Assembly: GCF_006345805.1 (NCBI RefSeq)
Contig: NC_043011.1
Coordinates: forward strand, 37,956,464-38,020,463
Direction: 5' to 3'
Length of the DNA stretch: 64,000 nucleotides
Source: Octopus sinensis
Taxonomy: Eukaryota
Below, in pieces: positions 27,001 to 37,995 of this stretch (position 1 is the stretch's first letter; each line of letters begins with the position of its first letter). The translations under genes and the position numbers were made by a program. A model generated the notes under the pieces. That model was not told the origin of the DNA. It saw only the letters and a list, made by a program, of their open reading frames with translations, and ran no database searches.

Positions 27001-30000
27001 GTGAATGCCTCGTTGAAAAATATCTGTTCCGATTTGGCTATTCCTTACTGATGAATCTAAGGGCCTATGGTAGATTGACTTGATTTAATTTATCAGGTTA
27101 GCTTACCATTAAACAGTAGACGAAACGGTGCATCGTATAAGGAATTTCAGGGTAAATGTTTTTTTAATTTTCTCCTGGTTTACAGAATTAATGTTATTTT
27201 GCGGTTGAAGCTTTTTGGCTGTTATTTCTAGTGGGTGAATGGCCTATTATGGCCGTTCCTTGATTGTGATATTGAACTTAAAAATGGTTTATGACTATTT
27301 AATTTTTTCCCACTAGGCCGCTGGGGGCTAAAGAATTCTACAAAATTTTTTTGCCTCCCTATATTGATTAATTATGAATTTTCTGGTTAGTTCCGTAATG
27401 GAATCGGCGGCTTATATTTATTTGCTGCCGATAAATTTGGCGCGAGTGCGACGATTTGAAAATTTTAGGTCAGATATTGGCGAGGCATGGACGTGAATGC
27501 CTCGTTGAAAAATATCTGTTCCGATTTGGCTATTCCTTACTGATGATCTAAGGGCCTATGGTAGATTGACTTGATTTAATTTAATCAGGTTAGCTTACCA
27601 TTAAACAGTAGACGAAACGGTGCATCGTATAAGGAATTTCAGGGTAATGTTTTTTTTAATTTTCTCCTGGTTTACAGAATTAATGTTATTTTGCGGTTGA
27701 AGCTTTTTGGCTGTTATTTCTAGTGGGTGAATGGCCTATTATGGCCGTTCCTTGATTGTGATATTGAACTTAAAAATGGTTTATGACTATTTAATTTTTT
27801 CCCACTAGGCCGCTGGGGGCTAAAGAATTCTACAATTTTTTTTGCCTCCCTATATTGATTAATTATGAATTTGTGGTTAGTTCCGTAATGGAATCGGCGG
27901 CTTATATTTATTTTCTGCCGATAAATTTGGCGCGAGTGCGACGATTTGAAAATTTTAGGTCAGATATTGGCGAGGCATGGACGTGAATGCCTCGTTGAAA
28001 AATATCTGTTCCGATTTGGCTATTCCTTACTGATGAATCTAAGGGCTATGGTAGATTGACTTGATTTAATTTAATCAGGTTAGCTTACCATTAACAGTAG
28101 ACGAAACGGTGCATCGTATAAGGAATTTCAGGGTAAATGTTTTTTTAATTTTCTCCTGGTTTAACAGAATTAATGTTATTTTGGCGGTTGAAGCTTTTTG
28201 GCTGTTATTCTAGTGGGTGAATGGCCTATTATGGCCGTTCCTTGATTGTGATATTGAACTTAAAAATGGTTTATGACTATTTAATTTTTTCCACTAGGCC
28301 GCTGGGGGCTAAAGAATTCTACAAAATTTTTTTGCCTCCCTATATTGATTAATTATGAATTTTCTGGTTAGTTCCGTAATGGAATCGGCGGCTTATATTT
28401 ATTTGCTGCCGATAAATTTGGCGCGAGTGCGACGATTTGAAAATTTTAGGTCAGATATTGGCGAGGCATGGACGTGAATGCCTCGTTGAAAAATATCTGT
28501 TCCGATTTGGCTATTCCTTACTGATGAATCTAAGGGCCTATGGTAGATTGACTTGATTTAATTTAATCAGGTTAGCTTACCATTAAACAGTAGACGAAAC
28601 GGTGCATCGTATAAGGAATTTCAGGGTAAATGTTTTTTTAATTTTCTCCTGGTTTACAGAATTAATGTTATTTTGCGGTTGAAGCTTTTTGGCTGTTATT
28701 TCTAGTGGGTGAATGCCTATTATGGCCGTTCTTGATTGTGATATTGAACTTAAAAATGGTTTATGACTATTTAATTTTTTCCCACTAGGCCGCTGGGGGC
28801 TAAAGAATTCTACAAAATTTTTTTTGCCTCCCTATATTGATTAATTATGAATTTTCTGGTTAGTTCCGTATGGAATCGGCGGCTTATATTTATTTGCTGC
28901 CGATAAATTTGGCGCGAGTGCGACGATTTGAAAATTTTAGGTCAGATATTGGCGAGGCATGGACGTGAATGCCTCGTTGAAAAATATCTGTTCCGATTTG
29001 GCTATTCCTTACTGATGAATCTAGGGCCTATGGTAGATTGACTTGATTTAATTTAATCAGGTTAGCTTACCATTAAACAGTAGACGAAACGGTGCATCGT
29101 ATAAGGAATTCAGGGTAAATGTTTTTTTAATTTTCTCCTGGTTTACAGAATTAATGTTATTTTGCGGTTGAAGCTTTTTGGCTGTTATTTCTAGTGGGTG
29201 AATGGCCTATTATGGCCGTTCCTTGATTGTGATATTGAACTTAAAAATGGTTTATGACTATTTAATTTTTTTTCCCACTAGGCCGCTGGGGCAAAGAATT
29301 CTACAAAATTTTTTTGCCTCCCTATATTGATTAATTATGAATTTTCTGGTTAGTTCCGTAATGGAATCGGCGGCTTATATTTATTTGCTGCCGATAAATT
29401 TGGCGCGAGTGCGACGATTTGAAAATTTTAGGTCATATATGGCGAGGCATGGACGTGAATGCCTCGTTGAAAAATATCTGTTCCGATTTGGCTATTCTTA
29501 CTGATGAATCTAAGGGCCTATGTAGATTGACTTGATTTAATTTAATCAGGTTAGCTTACCATTAAACAGTAGACGAACGGTGCATCGTATAAGGAATTTC
29601 AGGGTAAATGTTTTTTTAATTTTCTCCTGGTTTACAGAATTAATGTTATTTTGCGGTTGAAGCTTTTTGGCTGTTATTTCTAGTGGTGAATGGCCTTTTA
29701 TGCCGTTCCTTGATTGTGATATTGAACTTAAAAATGGTTTATGACTATTTAATTTTTTCCCACTAGGCCGCTGGGGGCTAAAGAATTCTACAAAATTTTT
29801 TTGCCTCCCTATATTGATTAATTATGAATTTTCTGGTTAGTTCCGTAATGGAATCGGCGGCTTATATTTATTTTCTGCCGATAAATTTGGCGCGAGTGCG
29901 ACGATTTGAAAATTTTAGGTCAGATATTGGCGAGGCATGGACGTGAATGCCTCGTTGAAAAATATCTGTTCCGATTTGGCTATTCCTTACTGATGAATCT

Positions 30001-30088
30001 AAGGGCCTATGGTAGATTGACTTGATTTAATTTAATCAGGTTAGCTTACCATTAAACAGTAGACGAAACGGTGCATCGTATAAGGAAT
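24098..30088 (+). ncRNA. Thirteen tandem type I hammerhead motifs, one per unit
   Basis: Motifs at 24098-24205, 24592-24697, 25080-25186, 25569-25674, 26061-26166, 26549-26655, 27040-27145, 27532-27637, 28022-28126, 28513-28619, 29004-29109, 29494-29597 and 29982-30088. The copy at 29494 has GAAC instead of GAAAC, which may be an assembly indel. Confidence 0.82.
25080..25186 (+). ncRNA. Type I hammerhead ribozyme (exemplar unit)
   Basis: Stem I ATTCCTTA 25080-87 pairs with TAAGGAAT 25179-86. Core CTGATGA 25088-94. Stem II ATCTA 25095-99 pairs with TAGAC 25158-62 (A.C at the closing pair) and encloses a long nested hairpin. GAAA 25163-66. Stem III CGG/TCG with palindromic TGCA loop. Predicted cleavage triplet GUA, cut after 25178. 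Confidence 0.85.
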
Positions 30089-30310
30089 TTCAGGGTAAAT
30101 GTTTTTTTAATTTTCTCCTGGTTTACAGAATTAATGTTATTTTGCGGTTGAAGATTTTTGGCTGTTATTTCTAGTGGGTGAATGGCCTATTATGGCCGTT
30201 CCTTGATTGTGATATTGAACTTAAAAATGGTTTATGACTATTTAATTTTTTCCCACTAGGCCGCTGGGGGCTAAAGAATTCTACAAAATTTTTTTGCCTC
30301 CCTATATTGA

Positions 30311-30360
<50 letters not shown>

Positions 30361-30396
30361 TATGTATATATATATATAATATATATATATATATAT

Positions 30397-30427
<31 letters not shown>

Positions 30428-30508
30428 GTATGTATATTTAATTTTATTTGTTGGGGAATAAAAATTCCGGCATAACAGGGGTTCAAATTCTCAATGAAGA
30501 AATATATA

Positions 30509-30718
30509 TTTTCATTTAGAGATAGTAGGCCCCTTCATCTCACCATATAAAAAATTATTATTATTTTAAATACCTACTAACGTGGCTTCACTTGTTTCAT
30601 GAGGTACATTCATGTGCCTCATGAAACACGTGAGCCAAGTTATAAAATAGTAGGTATTTAAAATAAAAATTCTTTTTTATGTGGTGAGTTGAAAGGGCCT
30701 ACTATATCTAAATGAAAA
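30509..30718. mobile_element. Fully palindromic hairpin MITE-like element (~210 bp)
   Basis: ttttcatttagagatagtaggccc...gtttcatgaggtaca-ttca-tgtgcctcatgaaac...gggcctactatatctaaatgaaaa, an imperfect inverted repeat along its whole length. Confidence 0.8.
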
Positions 30719-31559
30719 AAAAAAATATATATATATATATATACATTGACATATATTTATGCATACTCATACGTATATATTTAGATCTGCATCTATATAT
30801 ATATACATAAGCATATGAGTATATTCTCGACGTGTGCAAGACTATCGCTGCACTTTTCCACTTCAATAAATAACTAGTCCTTGCCCTCACGAAACGTAAC
30901 TATTAATTACTTTATTATTTATATTTTACTATTTATGTAACTGAAATTTGGTTTAGATTGTCCTTTTTTATTTTAAGCCCAAATCATTTGGTCTTTCACT
31001 GCGATTATTTAGCTTAGCAAAGTCCTCTCTGTACCTTCTAGATTGTGGGATATATGTTCCTTGTGAACCAATGCTAACATCTTGATTTATGTACACTATA
31101 ATTGATTTAGGATGTAAATATGCAGAACGATTATAAGTCCAGGATTTATTTCATTCTTATTAATGGTAATATGTCAACATGTCCCTCGAATATGGCTTCT
31201 TACATTATATCACATGCTTAATGGAAATTCGGCTTGGCTGCTTTGAATTTTAATTAATTTAGGATTACAATTCTCTGTAATTTAGCTTAGTTCATCCGGT
31301 GACAAACGACCGAATGTCTTTGTGGCATTACGACATCGTGGAAATAAAAGCCAAATGTGGCCTCACATCAGACATATGGTTTTAGAACTCATAGGAGATA
31401 CTCGATAATGAAGCCCTAGATGTAATTGAAAGAATCGAGGGAAGGTTCCGAGGCACATCATTTGTCATAGAATTTCCGTCTCATATTCAAAGTGGGGATC
31501 AAAACCAATTACAATAATATACTTCATCGAGGTATTACGTACGTGCTGAAATATATTGA

Positions 31560-31760
31560 TTTCAAATTTGGCACAAGGGCAACTTGTTAGGATGAGGGGT
31601 ATATCGATTGCATTGACCCCAGTGCTCAACAGATATTTATTTTACCGACCCAGAAATGATGAACGGTAAAGTCGACCTCGACGGAATTTGAACCCAGAAT
31701 GTTGCGACGAGTGAAGTACACCTAAGCATTTTGCCCGGCGTGCTAACGCTTTTGCTGGGT
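31560..31760 (-). mobile_element. Older SINE family A copy
   Basis: Diverged aagtcgacctcgacggaatttgaac...ttgcccggcgtgctaacg. Confidence 0.7.
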
Positions 31761-32487
31761 CTCTACTGAAATGATTGCTGCGTATATTTGACATAATAAT
31801 CCTTAACGATTCACAACTAAATACATTATTATTCCCAAATGTAAATACTGAAAGAATTAGACAAACAAATAGTGTTATGTTTCAGACAAACAGCTGTAAA
31901 TATTTTAGTAATGATAAAGAGAAAAAGAGGTGAAAAGACATATTGGGGCAGATTAGAAGGAAAATATACTTAGTGACTTCGTTAGGAAATTAGTTTTCCC
32001 TATCGATAAAAACCAAGAGTGGCTGTACTCTGATACAATCTTTATTATTTAGCAAGAACAACACACTTGAAACCAGACGTCGTAGTTGATTGTATGGTAA
32101 GACTGCAGAAAGAGTTAACGAAATCTACAACAGACGACTATGTCTAGAAACCAATACCGTTAACAAATTAATTTTTCAACTCAGAGTCAACATATACACA
32201 AGATCGACAACATGTCACCTTCAAGTGAGAAAAGCAGGAACATTTTCATAATGCAGCACGAACTGAATTCAATCAGGCAGTAAAATTTTATGAAAAGACT
32301 ATATTTCAATGCGTTGCTTACTTTGTATTTATGTATTTCCCCTTTATTGTTGTTATGGTTGTTGTTGTTAGTAATGTTGCTGTTATTATTGTTGTACCGC
32401 CCCAACTTCTCTGCCATGGAGCAAATTTACGATGAAAAGCTTTGCGAATGACAATATTTTTAATATTTGGATATCACAGTATATATA

Positions 32488-33054
32488 TTGGGTTGTCCGG
32501 AAAGTTTGTGCCGATTTATAGTAGCTTACCTTTTGACTTATTTTAGAACATGGTTGACTCCATAAAATAGGATTTTACTACACCTCCATTTAGAGCACAG
32601 TTTAAACTATCTTTTCGTGGAAGAAGTTTTATGTTCCTATAACCTGTGTTAATTTTGTAACCCTTTAAAATGGAAATTAAGAAAGTTCATTTTCGGCACT
32701 TGATGCTTTGGGAACCAGACAAAAATTGCTGCAGCTCAGCTGGGATGTGTTACCACCCACCCTGCATATTCACCAGATATTGCTCCTTCGGATTTTTACT
32801 TACTCAGGTCTCTGCAGAATAGTCTTAATGGAAAAAATTTCAATTCCTTGGATGGCGTAAAAAGATACCTTGATGAATTCTTTGCCATTAAACCACCTCA
32901 ATTCTGGAAAGAGAATATTTTCAAGTTAAAAGAAAGATGGAGACACATTGTGCAACAAAATGGTTCATATTAGGTTGATTAAAATTTTAATGGCAAGTAT
33001 TTATTGACCTTTTCTTTCCTTTAAAAATCGGCACGAACTTTCCAGACAGCCCAA
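32488..33054 (+). mobile_element. Non-autonomous mariner (internal deletion) with TIRs and TA TSD
   Basis: TIR ttgggttgtccggaaagtttgtgccgattt / aaatcggcacgaactttccagacagcccaa, TA on both sides, and HPAYSPDIAPSDFYL motif. Confidence 0.93.
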
Positions 33055-33309
33055 TAGTTCCATGTATTCCATGACATCTACTTGCGATTTCTGTTCTGAC
33101 TTGAGGGATGGGGTTGGCTGTTATTATCATCTGATCGAAATTAAAGCGACAAGCAGACAGAATTGTTAGCCCGTTGAGCTAAATGCTTAGAGCCATTTCG
33201 TCCGTCTTTACGTTCTGAGTTCAAATATATCTGTATAATGTAACTACATGTGTTTGTTGGCCACCTTTTCCTCCGTCTTCCTTTTCCCTTGGACTTTCCT
33301 CTGTCTCGT

Positions 33310-33345
33310 GTTTCTGAAGAAGAGCATTGCTCGAAACAAAAAAAC
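33310..33345 (+). ncRNA. Decayed minimal hammerhead within a Penelope pLTR-like relic (~33250-33440)
   Basis: GTTT-CTGAAGA-A-GAGC-ATT-GCTC-GAAAC-AAAAAAAC. The core and stem II are intact but the UH cleavage dinucleotide is missing. Confidence 0.5.
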
Positions 33346-33449
33346 AACCTTTCCCTGGGTGTCTTTTAATACTTTCCATATACCACATCCTCGAGATGTT
33401 GCTTTTCCATGTTTTTTTTTCGTCTTTTGGATTAATTATACACACACAT

Positions 33450-33482
<33 letters not shown>

Positions 33483-33623
33483 ACACTATATATATATATT
33501 ATATTAAATTAGAGACAAAACCACTATTAGGCAAATCAAACAATGAAAAACTTAAGCCAATACATAAGATTATTTAATTTATATTATTTAAATATATAAC
33601 AAAATTATTAAAAAAATATAATT

Positions 33624-33705
33624 AATATCACACTACGATCGTTTCATGGCTGCTAACTTCTTCAAATTTTTGAGTCACAGTCATTCATCAGGTGGTTTAA
33701 ATATT
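33624..33705 (-). ncRNA. Mirror copy of the minimal type I hammerhead
   Basis: Exact reverse complement of 33723-33804 in the left arm of the palindrome. Confidence 0.75.
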
Positions 33706-33722
33706 TAAACATCGTCAAGATA

Positions 33723-33804
33723 AATATTTAAACCACCTGATGAATGACTGTGACTCAAAAATTTGAAGAAGTTAGCAGCCATGAAACGATCGTAGTGTGA
33801 TATT
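33723..33804 (+). ncRNA. Minimal type I hammerhead ribozyme (Penelope-type)
   Basis: CAC 33734-36 pairs with GTG 33795-97, and AATAT 33723-27 pairs with ATATT 33800-04. Core CTGATGA 33737-43. Stem II ATGACTG/CAGCCAT with inner TGACT/AGTTA. GAAA 33783-86, then C-GATC-G (palindromic loop III) and TA. Predicted GUA cut after 33794. Confidence 0.75.
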
Positions 33805-34002
33805 AATTATATTTTTTTAATAATTTTGTATATATTTAAATAATATAAATTAAATAATCTTATGTATTGGCTTAAGTTTTCATTGTTGATTTGCCTAATA
33901 GTGGTTTTGTCTCTAATTTAATATAATATATTTTACTATAAAATTGGATTCAATCCTAAATCTGATTTTTCCCTGTAAGTTTGGATTTATTCCCTAATAT
34001 TA

Positions 34003-34041
<39 letters not shown>

Positions 34042-34081
34042 CACACATATACACATGCATATTTACATACCTATATACATA

Positions 34082-34130
<49 letters not shown>

Positions 34131-34195
34131 CTTCACAACATATATATACATTCGCACACATTCAAACACACATACGCACACACACACACACACAC

Positions 34196-34240
<45 letters not shown>

Positions 34241-34861
34241 ATAATACAAATTGTTATGTGCATGTATTTATGTTTTCAAAAATAATTATGGCGAAATTAG
34301 ATTTTGGACACCATTCTAAATGTCGAAACTGTTTTACCAATTCAAGTAGATTACACGTGACTTTCATGTAAATTTTATTTTCTACTCTAATTTTAAGAAC
34401 ACAATTCACAGGGTACCAGAATACATATTTTAAGATGTGTCTCGAAACATTTTTAGCATCCTATACAAAGTAACTCTAAAAGTATCAAAATTGAAGAAAT
34501 AGTTATTTCATCAACAATGATTGTCATTTTGAAAATACCACAATGTTTTCCAAGGATACTTCATAACTGTGCGATATCTTTTAATATCTTCTTCTATTTG
34601 ATATTAAAGAATTGTTTCCAAAATAGGAATTTAGCTTAAAAATCTATTATTGGCATCATCTTCCTTTTCTTTCTTCATATTACATTATATTGTAATGCTA
34701 TTTTCGATGTTATTTTCAACCAACATATGTATCATATATATGTATATGTCTATTGTGTACGAATGTATGTATGTATATGTATATCTATCTACCTATCTAT
34801 CTATATATCTATCTATCTATCTATCTATATATCTATCTATCTCTCTATATATATACATATG

Positions 34862-34931
<70 letters not shown>

Positions 34932-34960
34932 TACATACATACATACATATATATATATAT

Positions 34961-35130
34961 ATTATATAAAATCACTTCTGTTTGCCTGACTGTGTGTCTT
35001 CTAGGATCTCGGGCATCCTCCATCCGATTGCGCTCAAATTTGATATGTAGATACCGACGATATCAGGGCGTGTATAAGTCTTGAAAAAATTACAAAAATC
35101 GACTCCAGGTGAGAACGCGATCGATAAAGT
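34961..35130 (+). mobile_element. Possible Helitron 5' fragment
   Basis: tattataaaatcacttctgtttgcctgactgtgtg...ccgattgcgctcaaatttg has the same layout as the 5' part of 62635-63017. No 3' end was found. Confidence 0.4.
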
Positions 35131-35314
35131 AAATAAAATCGTTTCTCTTTGGAATAGAAAAAAGTGTATCTTTATCTCTACTTTTGCTGGTGTCTCAAAT
35201 GTAGGTTATACCAGCGATTCTCAAAGGGACGGTCTGACAAGTTTGTTTTGAGAAAATTTGGCTTAAATGTTTCACAACTCAGCACCGTCCATTGGACGGT
35301 GGGCGTTTTGCTCG

Positions 35315-35381
<67 letters not shown>

Positions 35382-35391
35382 ATATATATAA

Positions 35392-36120
35392 TTTGGCTGC
35401 TATTTCTAATGAGTTCAGTATGTGGCAAAGTAATTTATTTTACTAAGCCCTTTATAAAATGTAATATTTTGAATTCGCCTTAAATGGTCCCTTACATACT
35501 GAATACTTGGTGAAATTGATTAATATTAATTAATTTTACCCTCAATTGTTGAAATTATAATTCATTTCTCTCTGTTTAATGCTTCGGTTTCACCGATAAA
35601 ATTATGGTGATTGCTAGGTTAGCCCACGTGGGTGGAAAGGGGAGGGCAGAAATTCTTCGCTTGCATATTTTGAATTTGTTGGCACTGTTAGTCTGAGCGG
35701 ATCTTCGGAGGTGAAAAGTCGCCAAAAGGGTATGCTCCTGCTTTCAGTGTTTACAAATCCGAATTTAGGAATTTTGGGCTGACGAAAGAAATGTCGAATT
35801 GTATTTGGCTGATCTAGAAACGTACGTTCTCAAATAACCTTTGCACTTGTGATTTTTTAATGTTTTTACCCCCATACCATCGTGGGCTATTTTGAGTAAG
35901 CACTATCTGAGAGAAATTTTCTTTAAGTATTAGAATTTGGCTAAAAAAATTTTTTTTGGCTGCTATTTCTAATGAGTTCAGTATGTGGCAAAGTAATTTA
36001 TTTTACTAAGCCCTTTATAAAATGTAATATTTTGAATTCGCCTTAAATGGTCCCTTTACATACTGAATACTTGGTGAAATTGATTAATAATTAATTAATT
36101 TTACCCTCAATTGTTGAAAT
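35392..36120. repeat. ~563-bp unit plus a partial second copy (164-bp terminal direct repeats), flanked by (TA)n
   Basis: 35392-35555 is almost identical to 35955-36120. The interior is homologous to the reverse complement of 12924-13380. Confidence 0.85.
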
Positions 36121-36145
36121 ATATATATATATATATATATATATA

Positions 36146-36359
36146 CTCTTATATTACTCTTATACTTGTTTCAGTCATTTGACTGCGGCCATACTGGAGC
36201 ACCGCCTTTAATCGAGCAACTCGACCCCGGGACTTATTCTTTTGTAAGCCCAGTACTTATTCTATCGGTCTCTTTTGCCGAACCGCTAAGTAACGGGGAC
36301 ATAAACACACCAGCATCGGTTGTCAAGCAATGCTAGGGGGACAAACACAGACACACACA

Positions 36360-36403
<44 letters not shown>

Positions 36404-36570
36404 TACGACGGGCTTCTTTCAGTTTCCATCTACCAAATCCACTCACAAGGCTTTGGTCGGCCCGGGGCTATAGTAGAAGACACTTGCCCAAGGTGCCACG
36501 CAGTGGGACTGAACCCGGAACCATGTGGTTGATTAGCAAGCTACTTACCACACAGCCACTCCTGCGCCTA
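36146..36570 (-). mobile_element. SINE family B (tRNA head, CORE-like ccttgggcaag, internal TA/CA tract)
   Basis: Minus strand begins aggcgcaggagtggctgtgtggtaag...gggttcagtcccactgcgtggcaccttgggcaagtg. It is homologous to 51091-51494 and 51989-52376. Confidence 0.88.
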
Positions 36571-36699
36571 ATATATATATATATATATATATAGATAGAT
36601 AGATATAGATATATATGTGCTGTATATTAGCTCATTATTTATATCAAGTAGACGTTACCTGAACAGGTGGAAGGCGTACCACACTTCAGATGTTGAAAT

Positions 36700-36830
36700 T
36701 ATTGCCGAGCAGCCTGAGAGGAAATGTTTTGCTCAAGAACACAACGCACCACCCACTCGAGTAATTGAAACCTCGAACTCACGATTGTGAGTGCAACTCC
36801 CTGACTACTCTGGCTTGGGTCCTCTCCTCT
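36700..36830 (-). mobile_element. SINE family C-like head fragment
   Basis: ttttgctcaagaacacaacgca...cgaactcacgattgtgag. Confidence 0.55.
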
Positions 36831-37705
36831 ATTCTCTTGCTTTGACAGCTACTTCCTCTCTACACTTCTACCCACCTTCTCTCTTCATTGATACACCCGT
36901 CCACCCGCACCTCATACTCACACACACACACCACTCCCACATACCCCACACCTACTCTCACACCTCCAACCAAGCTCACATCCCCACCTGACACCCTCAC
37001 ATCCTCACACCCACATTCCCATCCGACACCCCTCACATCCCCACGCGCCCCACATCCCCACACCCCTACACTACAGCACCCACACCAACATCACACAACT
37101 CCACACACACACTAGCATTTTCCTCTTCCCAGCACCTACACCACGCACCATCATATATTTATATGATATTCCATCTGCCTTCTATAACCTTTTTCTCCTA
37201 CGACGCGACAGGTGCGCGGCCAAGGTGATACTGTCCTTTTACAGCCTGACCAGATTGGTTACTGCTGGTTTGGGCTCCTTCTATGTCTCCTCGGACTCTT
37301 TCAATGTCATCGCTACGCCACCTCACTAAGTTCTTTCGATAGCTGAAAAGCTATTTCTCTTGTATTTGTGTTATATGAATAATTATTAGTTTACTGTTGT
37401 ATAGCCATAAGGCTAATTCTTCGTTATTTGTTTCTGTCCTTGTATACATTTGTTAGTTTTTTCCAGAAGTTTAACACTCTGGCGCCTCCAAAATTGAGTA
37501 GTTTCAATGGTAAATGGTGCAAAATCACAAGGATATTTTGGGTCATTGACGAGGAAATAAGCTGCGAATTCTCCGTATATCGTGTTTTTGTTTAAATTTC
37601 CCGTCCCTTAAGCTTTCGTCTGCTTTTCCATTGCTTCGCTCTCATCTTATTTTTTCACCTTGTGTTCTTTCTGTTCAACACTTGATGTATATGTGTATAT
37701 AATTT

Positions 37706-37706
37706 G

Positions 37707-37780
<74 letters not shown>

Positions 37781-37995
37781 CATTATTATCATTATTATTA
37801 TTATTATTATTATTATATTATTATATTATTATTATCATTAATATTATTATTATTATTATTATTATATTATTATTATTATTTATTATTATTATTATATTAT
37901 TATTATTATTATTATTATTATCATTATATTATTATTATTATTATTATTATATTATTATTATATTATTATTATTATGATCATTATTATTATTAATA
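37706..37995. repeat. (TTA)n microsatellite
   Basis: Directly visible. Confidence 0.98.

Larger units (their letters stand above)
23831..30318 (+). repeat. Main block of ~490-bp hammerhead-ribozyme tandem array (candidate non-LTR retrozyme), 13 units plus a ~110-bp partial unit
   Basis: Unit starts (tgtgatattgaac) at 23831, 24325, 24816, 25305, 25793, 26284, 26775, 27265, 27757, 28247, 28737, 29228, 29715 and 30208. Units are near-identical apart from scattered 1-bp indels. The block ends in (TA)n at ~30318. Confidence 0.97.
33494..33931. repeat. Near-perfect long palindrome with ~212-bp arms and a 13-bp spacer; Penelope-like inverted pseudo-LTR relic
   Basis: 33494-33707 is the reverse complement of 33721-33931 except for three 1-bp indels. 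The spacer is aacatcgtcaaga. The flanks are AT-rich with (TA)n nearby on both sides. Confidence 0.93.

Noticed and set aside
22429-30318. Array as a CRISPR locus, rDNA/5S cluster, snRNA cluster or tandem Helitron
   Set aside because: There are no unique spacers and no rRNA or snRNA similarity that I recognise. The hairpin-CTAG (ggccataataggcc...cactag) is followed by A, not T, and the array ends do not coincide with it.
35400-35435. Hammerhead-like CTAATGA...GGCAAAGTA in the 164-bp direct repeat
   Set aside because: Both core halves deviate (CUAAUGA, no G12) in all three copies, and there is no convincing stem II.
37325-37360. Possible hammerhead fossil (...gatagctgaaaagctat); similar at 10780-10810 and 34310-34330
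   Set aside because: CUGANGA is absent, so it is too degraded to support.
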